In this document: positions 37,730-46,085 of the stretch, piece after piece
Layout: each line of letters begins with the position of its first letter
Numbering within the stretch: the stretch's first letter is position 1
Assembly (NCBI GenBank): GCA_965204175.1
Contig: OZ241978.1
Span: forward strand, 5,478,164 to 5,542,163
DNA length: 64,000 bases
From: Vicinamibacterales bacterium
GTDB lineage: Bacteria; Acidobacteriota; Vicinamibacteria; Vicinamibacterales; UBA8438
Direction: 5' to 3'
Translations under genes and position numbers: made by a program
Notes under the pieces: generated by a model
The model's input: the letters and a program-made list of their open reading frames with translations, nothing else
The model's database searches: none
What the model was told of the DNA's origin: nothing

Positions 37730-40700
37730 GCCTCCCGGCCCGGCGGGCGTTCGGCCGCCGAAACCGGTGCGCGCGGCGGCGCAGCGAGGTCCCGGGGTCC
37801 GGCCGGTGCGCGCAGCGCCAGCTTGAGGAGTTCGTCGACCCGCGTCACGTAGTCGATCTCGACGGCGCGCCGCAGCTCGTCGCCCAGCTCCTCGTCGACC
37901 TGTTTGCGGTTGGGTTGCGGCAGCAGGATGCGGGCCAGCCCGCCACGGTGCGCGGCCAGCACCTTCGCGGCGATGCCGCCGACACCGAGCACTTGTCCGG
38001 CGAGGGTGATCTCGCCGCTCATCGCCACGCCGGCACGGACCCGGCGCCGGGTGGCGGCGGACACCAGCGCGGCCGCCATCGTCACGCCGGCCGAGGCGCC
38101 CTCCTTGGGGACCTCGGCCGACTGCACGTGCAGATGGACATCGGTGTGGCGATGGAAGTGCGGGTCGAGGCCGTAGCGCGCGGCGTTGGCGCGCAGCCAC
38201 GCCAGCGCGGTGCGCGCCGACTCCTGCATGACCTCGCCCTGGCGCCCGGTCAGAGTCAGCGCCCCGGAGCCGGGCAGGCAGCTGGCTTCAACGACGAGCA
38301 CCGCGCCGCCGCCGCTCGCCGTGCAACACAGCCCGGCGGCGACGCCCGGCCGCCCGGCGCGAAGACCGGCGGCCTCGACGTCCGGCCCGGCCGGCGCGCC
38401 GAGCAGCTCGACGAGGGTCTGCGGCGTGACCTCGACCGGGGCGCCGCCGTTGACGGCGCGCCGGCGCGCCAGCCTGGCGCACAACTCGCCGAGCGCCGCG
38501 GCCAGGTGCCACACGCCGGCCTCGCGGGTGTAGCCGCCGATGAGGGCCCCGATCGCCTCGCCGGTGACGTGGACCTGCCCGGCCGTCAGCCCGTGGCGCG
38601 CCAGTTGCAGCGGCAACAGGCGCCGGGTCGCGATGACCCGCTTCTCCGCATCGGTGTATCCGGGCAGCTCGACTACGCGCAAGCGTTCGCGCAGCAACGC
38701 CGGCACGGCGGCGGGGCTGGTCGCCGTCGCCATGAAGAGCGCCTCGGACAGGTCGAGCGGGAAGTCGAGATAGCGGTCGCGGAAGGGGGCGGCGGGGTGC
38801 GGGTCGAGCGCGTCGAGCAGCGCCGCGGCGGCGCCGCCGGCTTCGTCGAGCCGGTCGACCTCGTCGAGGACGAACACCGGGTTGCGGACGCCGGCGCGCC
38901 GCAACTCCTCGACGATGCGTCCGGGCGCGGCGGCGCGGACGCCGTGCACCGCGGCCGAGCCCAGCCCGGCGCAGGACAGCCAGGCGCAGGGGCGGCCGAG
39001 GGCGGCGGCTACGAGCCGCGCCAGCGCCGACTTGCCCACCCCGGGCGGGCCGCTCAGGCAGAGCGCGAGGAACCCGGCGCCGGGGTTCGAGACGCGCACG
39101 GCGAGCTGGTCGAGCAGGCGCTGCTTGACCGCCTCGTGGCCGGCGTGCCCGGCGTCGAGGACCGCGTGCGCGCGCTCCAGGTCGAGCGGCGCCTCGGCGC
39201 GGGCCGTCCATGGCACGCTCAGGAGGCGGTCGAGATACTCGCGCGCCCGGTGACGCTCGGGGTCGGTGGGCGCGCATGCGGACAGCTGCGCGAGGACCCG
39301 CCGCCCCCGCACGCGCACGGGCCGCGGCAGCGCCGGAGCGTCGAGCCGCTGGCGGATGCGGCCGAGCCCGTCGGTGCCGGCGGCGTCCGGCTCGCCGAGG
39401 AGCGTACGCACCTGCGCCGCGGTGATGCGGTCGCGAACCAGCGCCGCGTCACCGGTCTCGAGCCCCAGCGCCACCTTGCGGCAGATCGCCTGCAGGCAGC
39501 GGGCGAACTGGCGCACCCCCTGCTCGCTGGTGTAGTCGCGGATGATGCGCCGGCAGGCGCCGTCGGTGAACCGCAGCGGCACGGCCTCGAGGCCGGCGGC
39601 CCGTTTCTGCGCGTCGATCAGGTGCGTCCGGGCGATGGCGAGCTTCTCGGCCTCGGCGTAGCCGGGCAGGTCGATGACCTCGAGCCGGTCGCGCAGCGCC
39701 GGCAGGATGCGGTCCGGGTCGTTGGCGGTGGTGATGAAGAGGACCTCGGACAGGTCGAACGGCAGCTCGACGAAGGCGTCGCGGAAGCGGTGGTGCTGGG
39801 CCGGGTCGAGCACCTCGAGCAGGACGGCGGCCGGGTCCGGGCCGAGCTTGTCGAGCTCGTCGAGCACGAAGACGGGGTCCTTGCGTCCCACCCGGCGCAG
39901 TTCGCGCAGGATGGAGCCGGGCTGCGCCCCCTTCCAGGTGCGGTTGTGGCCGCGCAGGTCCGTCTCGTCGCGCAACCCGCCGCAGGACAGCTTGGCGAAC
40001 CCGCGCCCGAGGGCGGTGGCGACGCACTGGGCCAGCGAGGTCTTTCCGACCCCGGGCGGCCCGCCGAAACAGATCACCGCGCCGGGGCCGCGCGGGTTGC
40101 GGCGGCGTACGGCCAGGTGCTCGACGATGCGCGTCTTGGCCGGCTCGAGGCCGGCGTGCCCGGCATCGAGCGCGGCACGGGCCTGCGCCAGGTCCGTCGG
40201 CGCGTCGCTACGCCGGTTCCACGGCAGCTGCTCGAGCCAGTCAATCCAGGCGTTCGACGCCGCGGCGTCGCCATCGGATGACTTCGCGAGGCGCCGCCGT
40301 TCACTCTCGATGGCGGTTCGCACGGCCGGGGGCAGCGCGTTGCCGTCGCCGTCGCCGAGCACCTCCCGCACGGTGGCCTCCGTGATCACCTCCGGTCCGC
40401 GACCCCCCGGCGGCCGGCGCGACACCACGTGGCGGCCGACCGCCGCCAGCTTCCGGTTCAGTTCGGCCACGCCCGCCTCGCACGTGTAGTCGCGGATCAG
40501 GCGGCGGATGGCCTCGGTCTCGAAGCGGACCTCGCCGTCGCACGCCGCGGTGCGCCACGCCTCGACGACCTCGGGTGGCGGCGGTTGCGCCGCGACCGCC
40601 TCCAGCTCCCGCGCCGACGCGACCTCCCGCTCGGCGACGACGGCCGGACCGTTGGGCGCGGCGGCCGGCTCGATACCCCCCGGCGGGGCCGGCAATCCCG

Positions 40701-41955
40701 GCGGCAGCCACGCCTCGGCGGCGGGCGCGGGCGCGTCGAAAGGGCGGGTCAGCAGGTGCTGTTGCGCGATCGCCAGCTTTTCCTCCTCGGTGCACGCCGG
40801 CAGCTCGACCACGGCGAGGTGCTCGCGCACCGGCTCGGGGACCGCGCCCGGATCGGTCGCCGTGACGATCCACAGGACCGCCGACAGATCGAACGCGACA
40901 TCGAGGTACGCGTCGCGGAAGGCGGTCCGGCGCGCGGGGTCGAGCAGGTAGAGCAGCGCCCCGGCGGCATCGGGTTCGACGCGGTCGACGGCCTCGAGGA
41001 TGAACACCGGGTTGTTGACGCCGGCCTCGCACAGGCCCTCGACGATGCGCCCCGCGGCGCCGCCCTCCGACCCGCGGACGAAGCGCTCGGCGTTCGCGCC
41101 CTCCAGGGTGGCGCGCACGTGGGTGCGGCCGAGGGCGCGGGCAACGGCCTCGGCCAGCGACGACTTCCCGGTCCCCTTCGGCCCGGCCAGGCAGAGGACC
41201 GACCCCGGCGCCTCGGGCGGTCCCGGTCGCACGGCCAGGGCCGGCACCGCGCCGACCGCGTCCGTCGGGCCGCGGCGGGGTCGTTCGACGGTGAGCAGGG
41301 CGCGGGTCTGCGGGCACGCGGCCAGCACGCCGCGGATGCGCGTCTTGACCTGCGCGAGCGCGCCGTGGGAGCGGTCCAGCGCCCGCTGCAGCCGCTGCGG
41401 GTCGAAGCCTTGCGGCTCGGATGTCCGCCACGGCAGGGCGAGCGCCTGCTCGGCCCGGCCCAGCGCCTCGCTGACCGCGTCGGACCGGAAGTCGAGAGCC
41501 TCGCGGACCTGCCGCCGCAGCGTCTGGCGGACAGCGGCGGGCAGGCCGGCGTCGTCGAGGGTGGCCAGCGCTTGGTCGACTTGCATATCAGAGGCGGCGA
41601 GTGCGCGGACAGCCGCCAGGGCCGGGCCGCCGGACCCGCCGCCGCCCCGCGGCGGCGGCGCGGCCCCGGCGGCGGGGCCGGCAGATGGCTCCCACGCCGT
41701 CTCGGGCGCGGCCGGGCCGGCCAGCAGAGCGAACGCCTGCGCCGAGTCCACGACCCGCGCCCGGCCGGACGCGGCCAGGTCGGGCAGCTCCCACCGGGCG
41801 CGCTGCTCGGCAGTGGTGACCACGCCGCAGCCGTTCGCCGGGCCGCGCTCCGCGCGGCCGAGCGTGTCGAGCGCCCGGGCGTATTCTTCCAGCGTCGCGG
41901 GATGGACGAGCAGCACGGTGGCCTCGTCGTCTCCCCGCAGCAGCTTTACACGCAT
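37726..41955 (-). CDS. Lon-like ATP-dependent serine protease with three tandem Lon-type AAA+ modules (1409 aa)
   Basis: ATG 41955 preceded by AAGGAAG. Walker A: GPKGTGKS (aa 258), GPPGVGKT (aa 632), GPPGVGKS (aa 969). Walker B: FILEAVD (degenerate), FVLDELD, FVLDEVD. S16 domain: PKEGAS(1288)AG and GGIAAK(1331). Confidence 0.8.
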   Translation of the reverse strand: MRVKLLRGDDEATVLLVHPATLEEYARALDTLGRAERGPANGCGVVTTAEQRARWELPDLAASGRARVVDSAQAFALLAGPAAPETAWEPSAGPAAGAAPPPRGGGGSGGPALAAVRALAASDMQVDQALATLDDAGLPAAVRQTLRRQVREALDFRSDAVSEALGRAEQALALPWRTSEPQGFDPQRLQRALDRSHGALAQVKTRIRGVLAACPQTRALLTVERPRRGPTDAVGAVPALAVRPGPPEAPGSVLCLAGPKGTGKSSLAEAVARALGRTHVRATLEGANAERFVRGSEGGAAGRIVEGLCEAGVNNPVFILEAVDRVEPDAAGALLYLLDPARRTAFRDAYLDVAFDLSAVLWIVTATDPGAVPEPVREHLAVVELPACTEEEKLAIAQQHLLTRPFDAPAPAAEAWLPPGLPAPPGGIEPAAAPNGPAVVAEREVASARELEAVAAQPPPPEVVEAWRTAACDGEVRFETEAIRRLIRDYTCEAGVAELNRKLAAVGRHVVSRRPPGGRGPEVITEATVREVLGDGDGNALPPAVRTAIESERRRLAKSSDGDAAASNAWIDWLEQLPWNRRSDAPTDLAQARAALDAGHAGLEPAKTRIVEHLAVRRRNPRGPGAVICFGGPPGVGKTSLAQCVATALGRGFAKLSCGGLRDETDLRGHNRTWKGAQPGSILRELRRVGRKDPVFVLDELDKLGPDPAAVLLEVLDPAQHHRFRDAFVELPFDLSEVLFITTANDPDRILPALRDRLEVIDLPGYAEAEKLAIARTHLIDAQKRAAGLEAVPLRFTDGACRRIIRDYTSEQGVRQFARCLQAICRKVALGLETGDAALVRDRITAAQVRTLLGEPDAAGTDGLGRIRQRLDAPALPRPVRVRGRRVLAQLSACAPTDPERHRAREYLDRLLSVPWTARAEAPLDLERAHAVLDAGHAGHEAVKQRLLDQLAVRVSNPGAGFLALCLSGPPGVGKSALARLVAAALGRPCAWLSCAGLGSAAVHGVRAAAPGRIVEELRRAGVRNPVFVLDEVDRLDEAGGAAAALLDALDPHPAAPFRDRYLDFPLDLSEALFMATATSPAAVPALLRERLRVVELPGYTDAEKRVIATRRLLPLQLARHGLTAGQVHVTGEAIGALIGGYTREAGVWHLAAALGELCARLARRRAVNGGAPVEVTPQTLVELLGAPAGPDVEAAGLRAGRPGVAAGLCCTASGGGAVLVVEASCLPGSGALTLTGRQGEVMQESARTALAWLRANAARYGLDPHFHRHTDVHLHVQSAEVPKEGASAGVTMAAALVSAATRRRVRAGVAMSGEITLAGQVLGVGGIAAKVLAAHRGGLARILLPQPNRKQVDEELGDELRRAVEIDYVTRVDELLKLALRAPAGPRDLAAPPRAPVSAAERPPGREA

Positions 41956-42533
41956 GCTGTGCACTTCCTTTCCACGATCGTTGTCCTGTTTCCCCAGCCG
42001 TCCCGCTCTTTCCACGGTCGTCCCGCTCTTTCCGCTACCGGACCGGGACGGTTCACCGGGCATCGGCGCAACAGTGCGGCCGTAGCGGTTCGGGGGTTCG
42101 AGCCGAGGCGCAGCGGGGCGGGCGCCCATGGCGCCGCCAGCAGCTGCCAGCGCAGGCAGGGACCACCGAGAGCGGACAGCTCGTCGAGCAGCGGGACGGG
42201 GTTCTGCGTGTCGGCGGACGCGCTTGCCGTCTCGGGTGCGTCGTCTTCCAGCGCGGCGCTCTCGAGCAGCGCCGTGATGGCGGCCTCGGCGTTGTTGAAG
42301 GCGTAGTTGAGCAGCCACCGCCGGCGGTTGAGGCGGCGGCTGCAGCGGCTGCTCTCGCGCGGGATGAGGCGGCCGCACGTGCCCGCCTCGATCGGCAGGT
42401 CGACGCCGGGACACAAGAGCTTGCGGTCGATGTCGGCGCGGATGCGGCGCATCAGCTCGCGGTTGGCGACCCGGCGGCGGAGCTTGCGCAGCCAAGCGCG
42501 CTGTCCGGGACGCAGCAGCTCGATGAGGGGCAT
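41946..42533 (-). CDS. small basic Cys-containing protein, paralogue A (129-aa conserved part plus a 66-aa read-through extension)
   Basis: GGAGGAG lies upstream of ATG 42533. MPLIELLRPGQRAWLRKLRRR..CPGVDLPIEAGTCGR..PLLDELSALGGPCLRW. CAG replaces the TAG found in the other copies. Confidence 0.55.
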   Translation of the reverse strand: MPLIELLRPGQRAWLRKLRRRVANRELMRRIRADIDRKLLCPGVDLPIEAGTCGRLIPRESSRCSRRLNRRRWLLNYAFNNAEAAITALLESAALEDDAPETASASADTQNPVPLLDELSALGGPCLRWQLLAAPWAPAPLRLGSNPRTATAALLRRCPVNRPGPVAERAGRPWKERDGWGNRTTIVERKCTACV

Positions 42534-42821
42534 GGGTTTTCTCCTCCGGGGAAGGGGAATGGCCCGACAGGGCCGGGTCGAGCGGGCCGACGGCCCGGGG
42601 GCGTGCCGTCTGGTGGCGGCCGGCCGCAGACGGCGTGGACGCGGGCGCGTAAGCGGAAGGCGTGAAGAAAGGGTGCAAAGCCCGGCGTGGCCTTGTCCGC
42701 CGGCGCCGTTGCCCTGTGCCGCTACGCGCGTTGCTGTTCCATTGTCGTCCGCCCGCCCGCTCCCCCCGTGGTCCGTCCCCCCGCCGACTCGGGGAGGCGC
42801 GGCGGCTGTGCCGGCAGGCTG

Positions 42822-42925
42822 CGTTCACCGTCAGCTTCAGCCGCCGGGCGAGGAACCGTGTGACGCCCGCCATGACCCGCTTGCCCGCCCGCCGGAACCG
42901 CACGTAGATGTTGCAGTCGTCGGCG
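42822..42925 (-). pseudogene. about 100-bp fragment of a group II intron reverse transcriptase gene
   Basis: Encodes ADDCNIYVRFRRAGKRVMAGVTRFLARRLKLTVNA and aligns at nucleotide level with 55255-55360 of the intron-encoded protein (IEP) gene. Confidence 0.6.
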
Positions 42926-42953
42926 GCGGGTCGCCCTGGGAGGGAGCATCACG

Positions 42954-43208
42954 ATGTCGAGCAGCGGAATCCTGGATACCCTGCGCAACGAGGAGCGCTC
43001 GCTCAAGAGCCAGCTCGTCGCCATCCAGCGCGCCATCGAGGCGATTGAAGGAACTGCCGTGCCGACCGCGCGGCGCGGCAGCAGGAAGGCGGTCAAGGCG
43101 GTCGGGAGGCGCAAGCGCACGATGACCGAGGAGCAGCGCAGGGCCGTGGCCGAGCGGATGCGGAAGTACTGGGCTGCACGACGGGCGGAAAAGGCCGAGG
43201 GGAACTGA
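42954..43208 (+). CDS. 84-aa coiled-coil / basic protein
   Basis: GGGAGGGA lies upstream of ATG 42954. The N-terminal heptad-like helix and the basic tail RKRTMTEEQRRAVAERMRKYWAARRAEK suggest nucleic-acid binding. Divergent from paralogue A. Confidence 0.5.
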   Translation: MSSSGILDTLRNEERSLKSQLVAIQRAIEAIEGTAVPTARRGSRKAVKAVGRRKRTMTEEQRRAVAERMRKYWAARRAEKAEGN

Positions 43209-43410
43209 CCGCAGCAGTGACGCGAACTGCGGGCTTCCGGTCGCATCCTACCCGCGGTGGCGGGTTTCGTGTTGGCGGGTCCGGTCGCGGGATCGTCCGA
43301 GGTTGTGCGGGGGATTGCCCGATGGCCGTCAGGGGGACGGACCGGACGCCTGGTCCTCGGGACAACGAGCATCCGACGGCGTTGTCCGCCTCGGCGGTTG
43401 CGTTTCGGCG

Positions 43411-43788
43411 CTACCAGCGCAGGCAGGGATCGGAGAGTGGGGACAGGTCGTCGAGCAGCGGCGTGCTCCGGGCGGCGTCCTCGGCCGGGGCGTCGTCGGC
43501 TGCGTCCTCGACGCGCTCGAGCAGCCCGACCGCGGCGGTCTCGGCGGGGTTGAGCGCGTGGTTGAGAAGCCACTGGCGCCGCACGTGGCAGGCGTAGCAG
43601 CGCTCGTGCGCGGGCCAGACGAGGCGACCGCAGGTCCCGGCGTCGAGCGGCAGATCGACGCCGGCGCACAGCCTCTTGTCGCGGTTGGCGGCCCGGTGGC
43701 GGCGCATGACCTCGCGGTTGGCGATGCGGCGGCGCAGGCGGCGCAGCCACTGGCGCTGTTCGGGGCGGAGCAGGTCGGCGAGAGGCAT
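43411..43788 (-). CDS. small basic Zn-ribbon-like protein, paralogue B (125 aa)
   Basis: AGGAGG lies upstream of ATG 43788. C41-x11-C53-x10-C64-x2-C67. Ends PLLDDLSPLSDPCLRW-TAG. Confidence 0.6.
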   Translation of the reverse strand: MPLADLLRPEQRQWLRRLRRRIANREVMRRHRAANRDKRLCAGVDLPLDAGTCGRLVWPAHERCYACHVRRQWLLNHALNPAETAAVGLLERVEDAADDAPAEDAARSTPLLDDLSPLSDPCLRW

Positions 43789-44118
43789 CAGGTCGTCCTC
43801 CTGGAGAAAGGGAGTGGCCCCGGAGCGGGGCCGGTTGGAACGGGCCGGCAGGCCCAGTGGCGTTGCGGACGCGGGAGGGTCGGAGACCAGAGGCGCGGCG
43901 GCGGGGGCAGAATGCAGAGGCGTTGCCTTGACCGCCCGCCCTGGCCGTGTCCGGTCTCCGTCCGCGCTACTCGATTGTCGCCCGATACCGCTCCCTCTCC
44001 CGGGTCCGTGGTCCTGCGCGCCGACTCGGGGAGGCGCGCCGGCCCGGCAGCGGCCGAGGCGTGGTGTCGGTGGTGGCTTGAGGCCGTCGCGGGGCGGGGC
44101 GGCCACGGTGAAGCGCGA

Positions 44119-44222
44119 TGCAGTCAGGAACGCTCCGCCAGGCAAATGTGGCGGGCGCCGTTCCTCCTGATGCAGTCAGGAACGCTCCGCCAGGCAAATG
44201 TGGCGGGCGCCGTTCCTCCTGC
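44119..44222. repeat. perfect tandem duplication of a 52-bp unit, each able to form a hairpin
   Basis: TGCAGTCAGGAACGCTCCGCCAGGCAAATGTGGCGGGCGCCGTTCCTCCTGA occurs twice back to back (44119-44170, 44171-44222; the last base differs). Arms AGGAACG/CGTTCCT and CCGCC/GGCGG. Confidence 0.9.
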
Positions 44223-44633
44223 CGCGGGTCCCGGCAGCGCGTCGGCCGGGTCGCTTCATCAGACAAGTTCGCCACCCGGCGGAGCCGGACCCGCGCATGG
44301 ATGAATGCTAGTAACCGGCGATCGCTCTGAAGTCATGCCGTCGCTTCCTGCAGCTGGCACTCCGGTTCTCAATGACCCGTGGACCGGTCCGGTCCGGCAC
44401 TGGCGCTTCAGCAACGTTACGGGCGAGACCGTTGAGACCGACGAGCCGCTTGCCAACCTCCGAAGGGCGCATCACGGGGCAGGTGCCGCTAGCGGCGCAG
44501 GCTCGCGCCAAGCGGCGTCGCCGGACCGCACGCACCGGATTCGTGCGATAGTGGAGTCAGGTCTTGTGTCCAACGCGCCACCGTGGTCGCTGGCCATGCG
44601 TGCAGGATCAAACGGCTAACCGGAAGGAACAAC

Positions 44634-45116
44634 GTGGTTGTCGAGCCAGACGGGACGATCTTGATCCGCGCAAAGGATGTTCGGTGGATTCGGAGGCGAT
44701 TGCGGCTCGCCGGTGATACGCACATATACTTCCGGGACGCGACGGGAGCGCCACGGACGATTCCGAGCTTCGCACACGTAGAAATCCACGAATTGGACAA
44801 CTCTCACCTGACGGACGTGTTCCTGGCGCCCGCCGTGGAGAGCGGGCTGAGCAAGGGAGAAGCCTGGGACCGGGCAGCGCGTGCGAGGATCGAGTTCAAG
44901 AAGCCGGAGCTGGGGCTTGAGCCGTACTCGCTGACAGTCCGCATGTTCGATGCCCGGATGGTGAGGAGGCAGCGGCGAGCGAAGCAGTTGCGCGAAGCGT
45001 TGGAGAAGCAGGAAGAGGGATCGGAAGAAGCACGACGGACGCAAGAGGAACTCGTGAACATGGAACGAGCGTTCAACGACTACGTCGGACGAATCAAGCG
45101 GGAGCTATCGGCGTGA
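44634..45116 (+). CDS. hypothetical protein (GTG 44634 after GGAAGGA; track start 44583)
   Basis: ORF of ordinary, somewhat lower-GC composition with a charged helical C terminus. No domain recognised. Confidence 0.45.
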   Translation: MVVEPDGTILIRAKDVRWIRRRLRLAGDTHIYFRDATGAPRTIPSFAHVEIHELDNSHLTDVFLAPAVESGLSKGEAWDRAARARIEFKKPELGLEPYSLTVRMFDARMVRRQRRAKQLREALEKQEEGSEEARRTQEELVNMERAFNDYVGRIKRELSA

Positions 45117-45176
45117 AACGGCCGAGGAGAGTTGGCCAGGACGCGGGGTCGGACTGGCGTACGTCGTCAGGGCCTG

Positions 45177-45392
45177 TCAGTGTCGATAGCGTTTGGACGG
45201 ACGTTTGCCCTGTTTCACCGCATGGGCCTTCTCGGCGTGCCAGTGGCCGTCCTGACGGTTGCGGGCGCGGAGTCCAGAGAGCGTCAAGTGGTCGTGCTTG
45301 ACGCGGTTGCACGGCGGGCACAGCAGGGTGAAGTTCTCCCGCGCGTCGGTGCCGCCGTCGGCCTGCGGCAGTACGTGGTCGACCTTGAGCAC
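45177..45392 (-). pseudogene. C-terminal fragment of an HNH endonuclease
   Basis: VDHVLPQADGGTDARENFTLLCPPCNRVKHD is the HNH core. The upstream Cys pair is absent. Confidence 0.5.
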
Positions 45393-45560
45393 CCGGTCGT
45401 CGACCTGTAGTGCGCGCGGACCACGACCTGGTCAACCCAGAGGGACCGAACGCCACGAGCGGCGTCGTCATCCTGCTGGGACGGTAGCGCGCCCGCCTGC
45501 ACCTGCACAGACGCGCGCACTGCACCCACCGCCGTTCAGTTCGCACATCTCGTTTCGCTG

Positions 45561-45760
45561 TCAGTGTCGGGTCGGTCCCTTCCGGATGATCGCTCCGACC
45601 ACGACGCCCACGACTGCTCCAGTCATCTCGCGCCGGGTCGATCTCGATCGTTTCGTGTCCGGCCTCGTAGCTTTCCGGTTCCAGCTTGACCTGCCCGTTG
45701 CCGTCCTGCCTGAACCGCTTGAGCGTGATCTCGTCTCCGATTCGAGCGACGATCGGTCGT
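45561..45760 (-). pseudogene. C-terminal remnant of a LexA/S24-type repressor (frameshifted)
   Basis: My own translation gives IVARIGDEITLKRFRQDGNGQVKLEPESYEAGHETIEID, then in another frame GAVVGVVVGAIIRKG. This is the typical S24 C-terminal pattern. Confidence 0.35.
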
Positions 45761-45779
45761 CTGGACCGAGGTCATACGG

Positions 45780-46085
45780 TTGCTTGAGGAGTCGGCCTTG
45801 ATCCAACAGGAACTGGATCGCGGCTGGCCGCCGCCCAGGCTGCCGATTCCACGAAGAAGCGTACGCAGGCAGTGGAGCGGGACCTCGCGCGAGTCGGCAA
45901 GAGCATGGAACGGCTCCTCACCGCCTACCAGGAGGATCTGCTGTCGCTCGAGCAACTGCGCGAGCGGATGCCGTTGCTGCGTCAACGCGAGCAGACGTTA
46001 CGCGACGAGTTGAACGCCTTGGTCGAGCAGACTCGCGAGCGCACCGCCCATCTGCGCCTGGCCGAGACCGTGTCGGCGCATATGC
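45780..46085 (+). pseudogene. C-terminal fragment of a large serine recombinase (coiled-coil region)
   Basis: ..MERLLTAYQEDLLSLEQLRERMPLLRQREQTLRDELNALVEQTRERTAHLRLAETVSA is typical of that region. No catalytic domain is present. Confidence 0.5.

Noticed and set aside
37540-42306. Long plus-strand ORFs (37540-40281, 913 aa; 40429-42306, 625 aa) opposite the Lon-like gene. The same issue applies to 14335-17175(-), 17827-20061(-), 8044-9651(-) and 10540-11640(-) opposite the DISARM genes.
   Set aside because: They are R/A/G/P-rich, have no motifs, and exactly mirror well-supported genes on the other strand. These are typical shadow ORFs of high-GC DNA.
41956-42903. N-terminal extension of the Lon ORF to 1725 aa, as given in the ORF track.
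   Set aside because: The extension is R/P-rich, runs through the separately supported small gene A and through a group II intron RT fragment, and lacks any Lon N-domain features. ATG 41955 has a good RBS.
44305-44619. The ORF containing ..VLNDPWTGPVRHWRFSNVTGE.., reminiscent of the N termini of some type III Res/helicase-like defence proteins.
   Set aside because: Only about 20 residues are suggestive, the rest is low-complexity, and there is no downstream helicase sequence. At best it is a tiny remnant, which is too weak to call.
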